Part shown: positions 50,653 through 63,739 of the stretch, in pieces
Position numbering within the stretch: position 1 is the stretch's first letter
Layout of the letters: each line of letters begins with the position of its first letter
DNA from: Mytilus trossulus
Lineage: Eukaryota
Assembly: GCF_036588685.1 (NCBI RefSeq)
Contig: NC_086381.1
Coordinates: 12,462,001 to 12,526,000 of the forward strand
Length of the DNA stretch: 64,000 nt
Direction of reading: 5' to 3'
The notes under the pieces: model-generated
Databases searched by the model: none
Told to the model about the DNA's origin: nothing
Seen by the model: the letters and a program-made list of their open reading frames with translations, nothing else
Translations under genes and position numbers: made by a program

Positions 50653-50890
50653 TAGTCTCGATCATCCAGACGCTCCCACAGGCACTTGTCTCAGAAAAAA
50701 AATTAATCCTATATACCTTATTATAACGGAACTTCGTCACCACCCAACATTTTTCTAAAATGCAAGTTAAGTACCTTGTGTTATAATAAGGTATATAGGA
50801 AAAAAAATTCTGAGACAAGTGCCTGTGGACGCTCCATATCCTATAGTTATAGTTCGCAGTAAGAACGATAACTCTGGCGTAACGAGACTA
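50653..50890. mobile_element. MITE (tagtctcg...cgagacta) with 9-bp TSD tgagttaat, hosting a nested MITE
   Basis: TSD at 50644-50652 and 50891-50899; imperfect ~18-bp TIRs. Confidence 0.8.
50677..50827. mobile_element. hAT-like MITE, 151 bp, with perfect 8-bp TSD gacgctcc
   Basis: TIRs cacaggcacttgtctcagaa / ttctgagacaagtgcctgtg; inner IR tcctatataccttattataac; TSD at 50669-50676 and 50828-50835. Confidence 0.9.
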
Positions 50891-51745
50891 TGAGTTAATG
50901 AGCTTCGTTTGACGTACTATACTATATAAATCTGTTAATATTCAATGTTCGAACTTCTATTGTGATTTACACAGGCACATAAAACGAATTTCTACTATTT
51001 GTTATGAATTCGATGATTGTTATATTATTCGTGTGTGTTTGTTATTAAATGAAACATATTTCAAAACATTATGAAGCAGCATTATATCAAATTATTTGAG
51101 TGTACATATGCTTTGTGACAACAAAATAAAAAACAAATACTTACAAAATATCTGTACATGTTGTGTCGTTTATTTTAGGTTGAACAGTCTGTTGGGGAAA
51201 CGGATGTGAGATCGATAACAAATCAGGAGCAATTCAACAGTCTGATGCAACAGATTAATTATAATTGCAAGGATATAATAAAGGTGAACCCGGATAAGGG
51301 CTTTCTTAAGTACACACGACTCATTATTTCCTTATAAAATGAAATATACATTTTACCAGCCCAAGAAAATAAAATTGTAACTGATAATGTTGAAGCAATC
51401 AAAACCTCAGTGTCCTTTGTAACTGCAATACTCTTTAATTAGTTCAGTGATGGCAGTCGGACTGTTCAGTCCTTCATTTCAGATTTGAATAACATAAAAA
51501 TGTTACATTGTATTGATATTTTTGTACTATTTAAGTACATATGTAATTGTTGACCACTACATCTCTGCGATGAGTCCGCATTTGGCATGTTGCAAGGCAA
51601 AATTTTACCACCTACAACACCTTTCCTTAGTGGCATTCTATGTTTCTTGTATTCTATCTATTTTTACATTTCGACTACCTAGCTAGTAAGTCACGTTTTG
51701 AACATATATAATATAAATAACCTCTTCGTGTTAGACAAACAGCAA

Positions 51746-51781
51746 CAATCAATCAATCAATCAATCAATCAATTAATCAAT
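51746..51781. repeat. (aatc)n microsatellite
   Basis: Read directly. Confidence 0.9.
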
Positions 51782-52071
51782 TACTCACAATAATCGGAAC
51801 AATAAATGGCGATTGTCATGCATATTGACCGATGTTTTCCACCTCAATGATATGCATGTATAAGTCTCACAATTTATCATATATTTTTTTTTTTACTTTG
51901 ATAAGCAGACATTTGACTCTCAATATATTACATTTGGTGTTTCTATGTATCATGTTTCAGCGTAATAATTCAATTCTATAGAAATATAGTATACAGATAA
52001 TTCTTAATTTATTTTCGTAAACCGTTTTTGATATGCTTACTTGGGAAGTGAATAACTTTGTAAATCCTCTA

Positions 52072-53445
52072 ATGTCCAAGATGTACCCAGATGTCGATAT
52101 CGTCGATATCAGTTATGTCGACACGATATCGAATCGATATCGGTGTTTGATTTAAACATCCATGAGAAACCCAGACTTACCAGATGTCAATATATCAGAG
52201 GCAGGGTAATATTCGCTTTTATAAAGACTATATTTGTTCAAAATATGAATACTAGACACAAGTTGAAACTATTTGATTGAATTCAAGAAAATGTAAATAT
52301 TTGTCACTAAATAGATTATTGGCTTTCACACCACATCATCCTATATCTATTTAATACATTATGAAAAAATGATTTATAAAAGAAATTTTAGAAGTACTAC
52401 TTTCTCTTACAGTGTTTATTGAAAAAGGTAAAGGACAGTTCCCAGTAGTCATCACTTCCGTGTTGACTTGAGTTATCATTTAGATGTTCATAATAATAAA
52501 TCAACTGTTAACAAACAAGTTTTTGAAATACTAAGGCTTTTCTACCTCGGAAATAGATTACCTTAGCTGTATTTGGCAAAACTTTTAGGAATGTTTGGTC
52601 CTCAATGCTCTTCAACTTCATACTTTATTTGGCCTTTTAAACATTTGTTGAGTTCGAGTGTCACTGATGATTCTTTTGAAGAAGAAACGCGCGTCTGCAT
52701 AAGTTTAAAATTTGAGTCCAGTATCAATGACGAGTTCTTTTAATAGTAACAGAAATCGCTCGATTACAACAGAGAAGACCCATTAACCTGACAAACATCA
52801 AGTATAAGAATGTTTTTTGGAATAAATATTGTTGAAATTGAAACTTGTTTGAAATGAATAAAAATTATGCATCAAAACAACGCATAACAAGGGAAATTTT
52901 AAATGTCGATATCGACGATATCGACTCTAGTTTATACAAAGTAAAGAATGAATGCTACACATAACAAGGGAAATTTAGATGTTGATATCGATTCGATATG
53001 GACGACATCGACAACACTGATGATAAACAAAGGAGTAATTCGACCAATTTTTGAAATTTTGAAGTACAGAACTTATTTTGAAATGCTTCAACGTGTGATT
53101 ACGATGAAAAATTGAAATGTCGATTCGATGTCGTCGTTATCGTAGATATCGACAAGATTCAGAGTAACCAATGACTAGAGAAATTGGAATGTCGATATCG
53201 AGTCTACATCGTCGATATCGTTCATATCAACACCTACAGATGAACCAATGAGGACAGTTTACTATTATTCATAAAATAGGTAAATAGGGATTTATAGTAG
53301 GTACCTGAACATCGATATCGTCGATATCCACTCATACATTAAACCAGGACAACTGATGAAGTAGATGATTGGGGTGTATACAGTTAAAGTTAATATTGAT
53401 ATCGTTGATATCGTCGATATCGTAACTTCGTCGTGTCTTGGACAT
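52072..53445. mobile_element. ~1.4-kb TIR element with many gtcgatatc subterminal repeats; contains a retrozyme
   Basis: atgtccaaga / tcttggacat ends; clusters of (gt)cgatatc at 52092-52142 and 52905-53422; no clear TSD. Confidence 0.65.
52441..52736 (+). mobile_element. Non-LTR retrozyme, second family, with hammerhead at 52658-52700
   Basis: GUGUCA CUGAUGA UUCU-UUUGA-AGAA GAAA C-GCGC-G UC^ UGCAU; body is the reverse complement of 3302-3620. Confidence 0.82.
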
Positions 53446-53689
53446 GCCTCAGACATTTTGACTATAAATTTTATGTGATTTCTGAGATCTGAATGCGTCT
53501 GATACCTTTTTAAAATTTACCACTACATCTCTGCAAACAAGGTGCATATTGGTTTCTCTAACATTTAAGCGAATGTTTTTTTTTTTAAATTAACAATAAA
53601 AGTTATTACATTCCCTTGTTGGAATATGTACTATTTAATCATTTTCTGGTAATAAGCTAAACCAGCAGGTGCCCTCAAAATTATCTCCC

Positions 53690-53783
53690 TTTGCTGTTGT
53701 TACTACGCCGCCATTATTGTTTACATCGACGCGTGATTTTCAAGTTCTGACAGAGCTCCAAAATCTAAAAGATTCTTGTAAGT
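53690..53783 (+). promoter_or_regulatory. Probable DNAAF1 promoter and non-coding first exon
   Basis: Small CpG-containing patch with an X-box-like half site (GTTACTA), GCCGCCATT (YY1-like) and TGTTTAC (forkhead/FOXJ1-like), then a GTAAGT donor at 53778. Acceptor at 56023-56024 precedes the ATG exon. Confidence 0.5.
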
Positions 53784-54707
53784 AGCAATGTTGTAAAAGG
53801 GTTAACTCCTTAAAAGATAATTATTACGGAATACGGGTTTAACTTCGAAATCTATAAATTTGTTTGGTTTTTATTTAAAGATCTTTTAAAAAAAGCATTG
53901 TCGAAGCCGGTATCATAGAATATTGTGGATTGTTCTAGAATGAATGAAGAATATCAGAGAAGTTGTCAGTTGATATAAAGAATTCGTATCATATTATAAT
54001 GTCATGTTATTTTTAACAACACAAATTGCAAGTTCCAACATTTAAATTTATACGTATTTTTATTTTATTTTAGTTTTTAAACATTTAAAACCGTATGTCT
54101 GATATTGGTCAGGGACGTCTATATAAGTCCTTGTATTGGTGTTAGAAATACTTAAAAACTACCCAAATTTTCTACTCTGCTACTGATATAATTCGCTGCT
54201 GAATAACTAAATTAAAAAAAATTGTACTGTAATTAACTTGACCCACAATTATTTGTGAAAAATTGGTAATACATGATATTACATGTATGATTTATCTACA
54301 AACTCGGCCTATGTTTCATATATTTTCTTTTCCTTTGGCTTTGTGTTTATCACTGTTTCAGTATCTTTATGTTATATCATTTTCTAGTTCATGAGTAGTC
54401 CAAATAATTATGACGTCTGGCAAGGCTATTTTCATTTTTTTCTGGGACACCTTCTGTTGTCAACAAGGCTATTTCCACGGAAGGCGTCCCAGATAGAAAG
54501 AAAAAATATATATAAAAGACATTTAGGTAACTTGCATCCTAAATGAACGAGGTGTTACATCATGGTTATTTGCTCCAGAAGCGATGAAGTAGCGCATCCA
54601 TTTTGGGTGGGCAAATATCCACTTTTTGATACGGGACAAGCTCTGACCTCCCACGGCCCCAGCTTGTCTGGCATAACAGCCGTTGGACGTCAGAGTTATC
54701 TCGGACT

Positions 54708-54889
54708 AGTCCTGACAATGTCCTGACAGAAATGAAAATGCTTAATACTTTTTTATTATTGGAAGGATTTACTTGAAATTTGGAATCAAGCAAGATGAGA
54801 ACTTATATTTAATAAATAAAATTTTAAAAAAAAATAAAAATAAAATTTAAGAGTTAGAAAACTTATTTCTGTCAGGACATTGTCAGGAC
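54708..54889. repeat. Inverted repeat in the DNAAF1 first intron
   Basis: gtcctgacaatgtcctgacagaaat / atttctgtcaggacattgtcaggac. Confidence 0.7.
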
Positions 54890-56045
54890 ATTAGTGTAAC
54901 CCGATAATGATAAACATTTTTGAAAATAGGTATAGATGTATAAAAAAAATAACACTGTTTCAACTTTACTTCAATGTGTAGTTGTGTACATGTAAAGGAA
55001 TAAAATAAAATGTAGCAAGATAAATTAATACATACAAGTTATAAAATACCGTAAGAATTAAAAAAAATGTAATTTGTAATGTTTCAATTTTCTGTACATT
55101 CTAATCTTAGTTTTTTTCAACAAGGGTTATTTGCACCTGCCAACTTTCATGATTTAGACATGAACTACAGGATTTGGGCCCCTGGTTTTGATTACTCAAC
55201 TGTGATCATGAATAAAGCCAAAAAACATCATATTGTAAAAATTTGAATTCTAAAGTTTTGTTAGATTTTTAACTTTCCCCATGGGAGACATCTGTTATCA
55301 GCAATATACTACTATGTATGAAATAGATAAAACCAGAGACATATAAAATAAGAAATTCAAAATATTGTATAAATGTCACATCATGTGAATCACATGACTA
55401 GGCTAACAATTTTAATGGCTATGCAGTATGGTAACATACACATCAAAATGTTATTTTCGTAAACCACTTAAAAGTATTTAAAAAACACCTTCAATACCCT
55501 AGGCTTTCAAGAAGTAATTTAGGCATTCATGTTTGATAACATATTTTTACTATCAAAAACAAACAAAAAAGATGTATCAGCCATACATAAATTAAAACCA
55601 TCCCACTTTTTAGGACTTCATTAATTTTCAATTTCTGATGTCAACATGGTCAATGCTACTTTGAGTTTCATTTTCAAACCTGTAAACCCTATCTGGAAAT
55701 ATTCTGAAAAGGAGAATATAATAAAAGAGAAGGAATATGTCTATGTGAAATAGTAATCTGAAAAGTAATGAGAAAGCTGTATGATATTTAAATAGATTAT
55801 ATATATATGGCCTTTGAATAGAGTTTCCAATCTCTGGTATTATTTGTCTCTAATAAAACCTAGCATTTTCCCACACAAAAATTTAAATTGGCATTAATTC
55901 ATTTACATGCTTTCATTTTTGTGTATTCATAAAATTTTGTAACACAAGAAAATTCACAGATAGCGAAGACTTAGGAAGGAATAATACTCATTCTGACTAT
56001 ATTTTAAATCCAATATCATTTCAGAAAAAGAGAAAAACACATACA

Positions 56046-59000
56046 ATGCCTTTGATAGAAGAAATATTTGAGGACAATGTTGAAATCCCTCAGAAAGAAA
56101 AGGCAGTAAAGGTCAAAATAGAGGTCATGGAGGATAAAGAAAACAACATCAATGTAAACAATGTTAACAATACCAAAGGTGAGTATTATAATCTTGGAAG
56201 ATTTTCCTGATTTACTTATTTTTTCTGAAAATTCATTTTGGGAATTTGTACAGTTTTGTATTTTTTACAAAGAATATTTTTATTGTACATGTATATTCAT
56301 TATCTATATCATTATATCAAATTTCATGTTCGGTACCATTTAATGTGGTACCAAACACCTTGAATAAAATTAATTTGGCTCTTTTATTTTCATAAAGTTT
56401 TGACAAAATATTCACTTCGACCATTGGACAAAAATATAAAAAAAAGAAAATTTCATTTGATATTTATCAAAGTGAAAAACACTCATTTTGATCATTGAGG
56501 AGCTTGATATTTCCTTAACAATACAACATGATTTAAATGCTCATTTTACAGAGTTATCTCCCTGTTGTGTTAGGTACCTATTTTTTTCTGTTTTTTGCAG
56601 AAAATTTGAAGTCTGATGGATCTGGAGATAAAACAGAACCCAACAAAAATGGCAAACAGAATGAGATAGAGAAGAAAGATAAAGATAACTGGCCAAGGTA
56701 AATATTCAAATAGTGGAATAATGGATGTCCAATTATACAAACTGTATAACACATTACACATTTATAGCATATATATATATATATATGTAAATTATATGGT
56801 CTTCCAAATACCATTTGATTCTTAACATCACTGAAAAGACATTAATTGTGGAAATCCAAATATGGTGTATAAATTTTTGCACCTCATGTTTGCGGTATAC
56901 CATCTATTTTGCAAGTTTATTGTTTTCTGTTAAGCAATTAATTAATTATGAAGACTCATTTTATTACATCTTGTGATTCGTTTTTTTTTTGACAATCATC
57001 AATGGCATTCAGCACTGAGCAGGGTTTAAGAACATCAGTTGTTCGACCTGCTAGTCAACTGAATTTTGTTAAAATATAATTCTTACTTGTTTGGTTTTTT
57101 AGAAAATGTTGTTTGTGGTCTATTTAGACCACTCTACCATGATATTTGTTTTGCATGCACAAATATAAAAATTCTGTTATTTATCCAATGCAATCAAGGT
57201 ATGAATATTGTTTTAATTTAGACTTGTATGTATTGCATATGATAAAAACATTGAAAAATTATCAGTCAATTATGGCCCAAATAGATTCCGAATATTAGAA
57301 ACTACTTTTTAGCGGTTTCATATAACACACTTACTGAAGTTTAATTCTCAATAATTCATATACATGTATTAATTAGGATTGTAGCATGAATCACAGAACT
57401 TTCATTGCAGCTCTAGAAGAAATTACAAACAATGTACCAATCTTTCTGTATTTATCCTTAATTTACATTTTATGTATACTATTAGTCTGATAACTACACC
57501 CTGTGCATAATAATATATTTTTTTCTTCTATTATTTTTATCTTTCCTAGTCCAGACCTATAGGATTTATTTTTGTCAAATATGCATTAAGGGCATACAAT
57601 ACAGTTACAGGGGAGGTAATGACGTTGCTAACATAAATTTGTTATTTTCGCAGGGTCAAACTATGACTTATCATTCAAATTTATCTAACTTGAAACATGT
57701 TCATGGACCCCTCTTTTCTAAAAACCCATTTGGTTTGATTATGTAAGAAGATTATGTGTGTTAAATTTCATGAAAACGTAAATAGTACTATTTTTTTCAA
57801 TTTGATAAATATACAGCAAAAAGTGATGTTTTATTTCTACATTTGTGAACATTTGATAAATATGAGTTATTTTGAATAACACATTGCACAAATTTAAAGG
57901 ACATTTATATAAAACAGAATGAACAAATATTTAAACAAAAACAGTTTTTGTTGATATTTTAAAACAAAAAAGTTCTGTATTTCTGTCAAAAGGAAAAATA
58001 GGTCCACAAATCAGAATTTGGAGTAAATTGCAAAATTTGGACCTCATTTTACACAAAAATTAGCACATGAAGGTATATTTTTTATTACATATTTGATTTA
58101 ATCAGGCAAAAAATAGCCTATATGCAAATTGTCAGCAAAATTTAAACACAGGCTCAAAGCTGTATCATATGCTCTAAATATAAGGTGACAGTTTTTTGGG
58201 CTGTTAAAAATTTTAGTTTACCATTTTCACTGATAGTTCTTTGATCATAGTAAGCAGTTTAAATGCCTGGATGAGTTTTGTTCTTGTGTAACTGTACTTG
58301 AAAGATTAATCTTTTTAAGTGTACCAGTATTTTTAAATAACATGTATGTGTCCTGCTAACATATTTCATATATTGCATTGGCATTTTATTGAGATATTTT
58401 AAATGTTTAATCGTGCTTATAATCCTTACTGAAACTCCTACCTTAATTAATCTATTTTGTTTTTATTACAGGTTGACAAAAGCCTTTCTAAAACAGCACT
58501 GTAAAGATATGAAGCTTTATCGTACCCCACATCTAAATGATGTTCTCTATCTACATTATAAAGGTAAGCATTTTTTTCATTCAGAGGACTGCTCAGTTTA
58601 AACAATGATGTTTTTATGCCCCATCTATTTATACGACCACAAACAAAAATTTGGGATCGTATGACGTTGTCTATGTCATCATCCAAAGACAAATTTAATG
58701 TCTGGACAATAACTTACAAATAGTTAAAGTGAATGGATCTCTTTGAAATTTAATAAGAAAGTTCAATACATGTACCACAAAAAGAAGGTTGGGATTGATT
58801 TTGGAAATGATGGTGCCTAATTAGAGTCCCAAAAGGGTCCCAAAACAAACATTTTTCTACTTTCAGGATATAAACTTGTGTATAAGTATTTCAATTGCTC
58901 TGAAATTGTACCACAATGTTTAATACCACAAGCAGAAGGTTTGAATTCATTGTGGGGGTTATCATGGTACCAATAGTTTAGGTATTAAGGGCCATAAAGG

Positions 59001-62000
59001 GGCAAAAAACTAGCATTTTTGTTGTTTCTGGAAATAATTTGTGTGTAAGTGTATGGATCTCTCTTACATTGTACCACAAGGTTCCATATCACAAAAGGAA
59101 GATTGAGTTTGGGGGAAATTGCCCAATTCTTGCCAGTTGGGGGCCAAAAACAAGCATTTTTTTAATTTCCAGACAATAACTTGTGTTTAAGAATATGCAT
59201 CTCTCTGAAATCTTACTATAAAAAAAGGCTGGGATTGAGTGTTGGGTATTGCTCCAAGGGGAGATTCAAAAAGTTTAGGGGTTTCCAATTTTTTAACCGG
59301 ATCTTTTTTTTTCTTCAAATTTTAAATTGTTTTAAATATTCAAGAAGAATCTTCAATTGCACAGTATTGTGCAATATATTTGTAAGATCTTGACAATTTT
59401 TTTGTGTTAGAAACCTACATTTTGATCACAGTCCAAATTCAGACAGAATCAAGCTTGAATATTGTGTTCAAATTTGCCATAACTGTTCACCGTTCAACCT
59501 CCGCTTACGTATCAGACTGTGCTCAGTGATGCATTTTATTTATGCTGCGACAAACAAAACTAGGGAGGGGTGTATTAATTACCCACTGGTCTGTTTGTTT
59601 GACCATCAGTTTGTCCAACCTAGTTCAAGTATACCTGAGGCTTATCATATTATAGATACAAAAAAGTGTTAACAAAATTCTTTTAACACTTTTCCTATAC
59701 AATAAAGACTTTAATACAGAAAGGATTAGTAAATCCAGATCAATTACAGAATTTTTAAGAGTTTAAGTTAAAGTGATCAGCATTTTATAAAGCTTTCACT
59801 GTTACAGAAAGAATACAAGTATTTTATTAGCTTGTCAATATTACAGAAATTTATCCACTCACCACTAAAGTAAGTGTTCTTGCATTCCTTGAGTTTCAAC
59901 AATACAGACAAGTTTACAGATAGCATTCTATTATTCCTGGAGCTTATTACCACTAAAATCAAATGGTTCCAGTATACCTCAAGCTTGTCACTAATTTTGT
60001 TTATAGAGTTGTATTATTATTTGTTTTTATCCATGGTTTATTATTGAAGGTATTTTCAAGATTGAATCATTAGAAGAGTACACAGGATTGAGATGTTTAT
60101 GGTTGGAATGTAATGGATTGAGGAAAATAGAAAACTTAGAAAATCAGAAAGAATTGAGATGTCTGTATCTTCAACAAAACTTAATCTCAGATATAGAGAA
60201 TCTGGAGCCTCTTGTTTGGTTAGATACACTGCAACTCAGCAACAATAGAGTCAAGAAAATTGAAAATATATGTAAGATTTTGAAATATGGTTGGAAATAA
60301 AAATTTAAATGTCTGCATCAAGAATTTTGTGAAAGTCAATATCTCAGTAACTTTGAACGATGTGTCAAATCATTGTAAGGTATACATGACTGTCTAACAG
60401 TGGCCTGGTATTTGATCTCAACCTCATATCATAGTTTAATCATCAAAGTTAAGTTTCTCAGTTACTAAGAATAATACTGAAATATATTTTGTTCGATAAC
60501 TATAATTATAATTGACCTTTTTCAGCATGTTTACCCAAGATAAATTCTCTGTATATCTCACACAACAGAATTGAGGATGTTGAGGATATTGAACACTTAG
60601 CAGAATGTGATTCACTGAGTGTAGTAGATCTGTCACATAACAAAATAGATGATCCTAAAGTTCTAGAAGTTTTTGCTGCTATGAAAAATCTGGTAAGATA
60701 CATGTATGATACATATGTAAATATCTATGATAACCCTGCTGAAAAGGGTTAGGACTACCAGGAATTTTGTAATCCTCTTGTAGGTAAAACTTCAAAAGGT
60801 TTCCTATGATTTTTTTTTATAACTGAACAAAAGTTTTAAAATAATTTACAGACTATCATTGACATGTATGTGTATACTTGCAATATAGCAAATTTATTAG
60901 CAATGTGTATGAAGATCTTAATTCACTTTGCTAGATTTAATTGAAGAAACAAATACTTGATGGTGTAGACACAAATTTTATAATAAAAATGATTACTTTT
61001 ATTTTATAGCACAAATATGTCCAATTTTCACGTTAATACAAAATAGAAAAACATCAAATTCAAGTTTTAATTTTGCTCCAAGGTTTTAACTGTTATATCT
61101 CACCACTTTTATTCTACTGGTAATAATTAAACTGATTTCTATTTTTCAGAAAGTATTAAATTTAATGGGCAATACTGTTATTAGGAATATAAAGAATTAC
61201 AGGAAGAATTTCATAGTTAAATGTGTAAGTACCTAACTAGACATACCATGGTGTATTTATACACATAGCAAGTTACATGTGTGACTATAAGGAGTTAGGA
61301 TGATGGTCAGTTGATTTTTACTAAGACTTTTTACCTCAGTCTATCAATTCTGTGTTTGGGGTTCAAGACTTTTTCCTGTTATTTGGCAAAATGGAGTGTT
61401 GTTACTTGTATTCACTCTGCCATTTTATTAGTTAATGTTGGGCATTTTCCAAAGAATAAGGGTTTTCCACAAACACTTTGTTATGAAGTTTTATGAATGA
61501 ATTGAAAGAAGTTATTGTTATTAATTGAAAAAAATATCATTTATTTTTAATACTTCATAATTGTTTGAAGAGCAAAACCCATATCCCCAAAGTAGTCAGA
61601 AAACACATGAACTGTCTTTTGAACCAGCCATAATATGGAATTTGAATATTTAAAAATATCATATGTCAGGGTTTTAAGGTTTTTTGTTTCTTGAGTGTTC
61701 CTTGTACAAGGTGATTTAAAAAGGTATACATATGAAGGACATATACTTGGACTCTTTACAATCCTTCTTTCTTCATTTAAAGATAGCATTTATAACAAAA
61801 AACTATCAATTTTGGGAAGAAAAACTAACAGAATTTGTATCTTGAACAATGATATAGATAATAGAATCATTGTAACTTTATTCTAACATATACATGTATT
61901 TGCAATAATGAATGTTTTCAATATTACAGAAACATTTGAACTATCTTGATGACAGGCCAGTATTCCCTAAAGATAGAGCATGTGCTGAAGCATGGTAAGA

Positions 62001-63739
62001 TACATTGCAATACAGATTTTCTTTCAATGGCATTTTGCTATTTAATTAAACATATTTTGTAAATATTTAAGAATGGACAGTTTGTGATTTTATAATATTC
62101 TTTTGATGACATATTCTATTTTATGCAATATATTTTGTAAATATAAAAAAATAAAGTTTTCAGACTTCTTCATATTTCATGAAATAGTTTGTTGCTGTGA
62201 AATGCAGAATCTATGATTAAAACAAAATAGTTTGCAATGCCAAGTTATTATCATTATAAAAGAAGCATTTCAAAAGCTGCATTAATTTCATAGCATATTT
62301 TAGTAATATTCATTACTGTATACAATTAGTTTCATAATATTTCAAAGGTTACCCATCAAATGCTTATTTTAAATTACTGCTACATTTAGATACAAATCAG
62401 GTCTTAAATATATGCTTCAAACATGCCTTTTATAGCTACTATGCGGTATGGGCTTTGCTCATTGTTGAAGTGGTAGGGTTACCTATAATTGTTTGTGTTT
62501 GTGTCATTTTGATCTTTTGTGGATAGTTGTCTCATTGGCAATAATACCACATCTTCTTTTTTATACTATAGAACTATTAAGAAACTTTTGTAAACAAATG
62601 GGGACATTTTATCTTCAGGGCAGAAGGTGGTGTTGAAGCAGAAAAGGAAGAAAGAGAAAAGTGGATAAATAAAGAAAGACAAAAGATCACTGACAGTGTG
62701 GAAGGTAAGAAAACAATAATACAAAATACCATAAAAGGAATAAAACCATCAAAATATATTGAAATGCCTCTCTAAAAATTCTGCATAAGAAAGTGGTTAC
62801 TTTTGAACTAATTTACATGTTTAGAAATTCACAAGATATGTTTTACTTTTTATCTATGATTCTGTCATCAGTTTATTGAATTGCTACCACCCAAATGCTA
62901 TAAAGGGAGATAAATCATCTTTATGAGAGACTTAAATAGCAAAAAAAAAAGTCAAGTTGATTGTTGATTGCATTGCATCAACAATATTTTACAGGGTAGA
63001 AATTAACCAGAAAGTATATTTTGGTCTATTAAAAAAATAATTTATCTATGTTTCATTCATTAGAAAAATGATTTAAAAGGAATTCACTGGCACAGAAATA
63101 CTTCAAAGGGAGATAAATCATTATTGTAATGAGAAACTGCTTCAAAACATTTAAGGGCAAGAAAAGTAAAACTGATAAATTGATTATTATGATAGACAGG
63201 CATGGCATAAAAGAGATAACAAGACAGAAACAAATTGGAAAGTATCTTACTAGAACAAAATGTTTACATCATGAAAAAAAACAAAAAATGGTTAAAAGTT
63301 GTTTATGGGAAATTAATCTGTATCTAGAACTAGCAACATACATTTTGAAGCCCAAAAGGTTGGATTTATACTATTTTAATGCCTATGATATAACTATTGA
63401 ATAAAAATATAATTTTAATTCAACTTTGTCAATACGATCAATGGCATTTCTGTTATTTTTTAAATTTTATTCCTATTAAAATTCTTATGCTAGCATAAAT
63501 TATTATCTTTAAAAACCTTACAGCCTTGACCAAAATAAGGAAAGCAAATATAAAGCAGAAAATAGAGAGAGAAATGGTTGAGAGAGGAGAAGAGGGAGAA
63601 GTTGATTTAGAGAGCGTTGATTGGTTAACTGGATCTTACAAGCTCAAATCAGATATAGACAGTGAACAGACAGAAGAAGAAATGACAGTCATAACAGGGA
63701 AGCAGGCTGAGGAAGAGGAGGGAATATTTTCTACTAGAA
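56046..63739 (+). CDS. DNAAF1: Dynein axonemal assembly factor 1 (LRRC50/ODA7), multi-exon, probably 3'-incomplete in this window
   Basis: Phase-consistent GT-AG exons: 56046-56178, 56601-56697, 58472-58563, 60050-60271, 60526-60692, 61150-61224, 61930-61994, 62619-62704, 63524-63739. Translation MPLIEE...[34 protein letters not shown]...[16 protein letters not shown]...LRRs...[18 protein letters not shown] matches the LRRC50 signature. Confidence 0.95.
56341..56578. mobile_element. Short TIR element in a DNAAF1 intron
   Basis: ggtaccaaacac ... gtgttaggtacc inverted ends. Confidence 0.5.
57590..58174. mobile_element. Kolobok-like MITE in a DNAAF1 intron
   Basis: ttaa-gggcatacaatacag ... ctgtatcatatgctc-taaa. 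Confidence 0.6.
58611..59540 (+). mobile_element. HINE-like element with internal ~165-bp tandem repeats, in a DNAAF1 intron
   Basis: tttttatgcc start; recurring unit (ggacaataactt...ggatctct...accacaa...aaggttgggattga...aaacaagcatttt) at ~58700, 58865, 59030, 59170. Confidence 0.55.
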
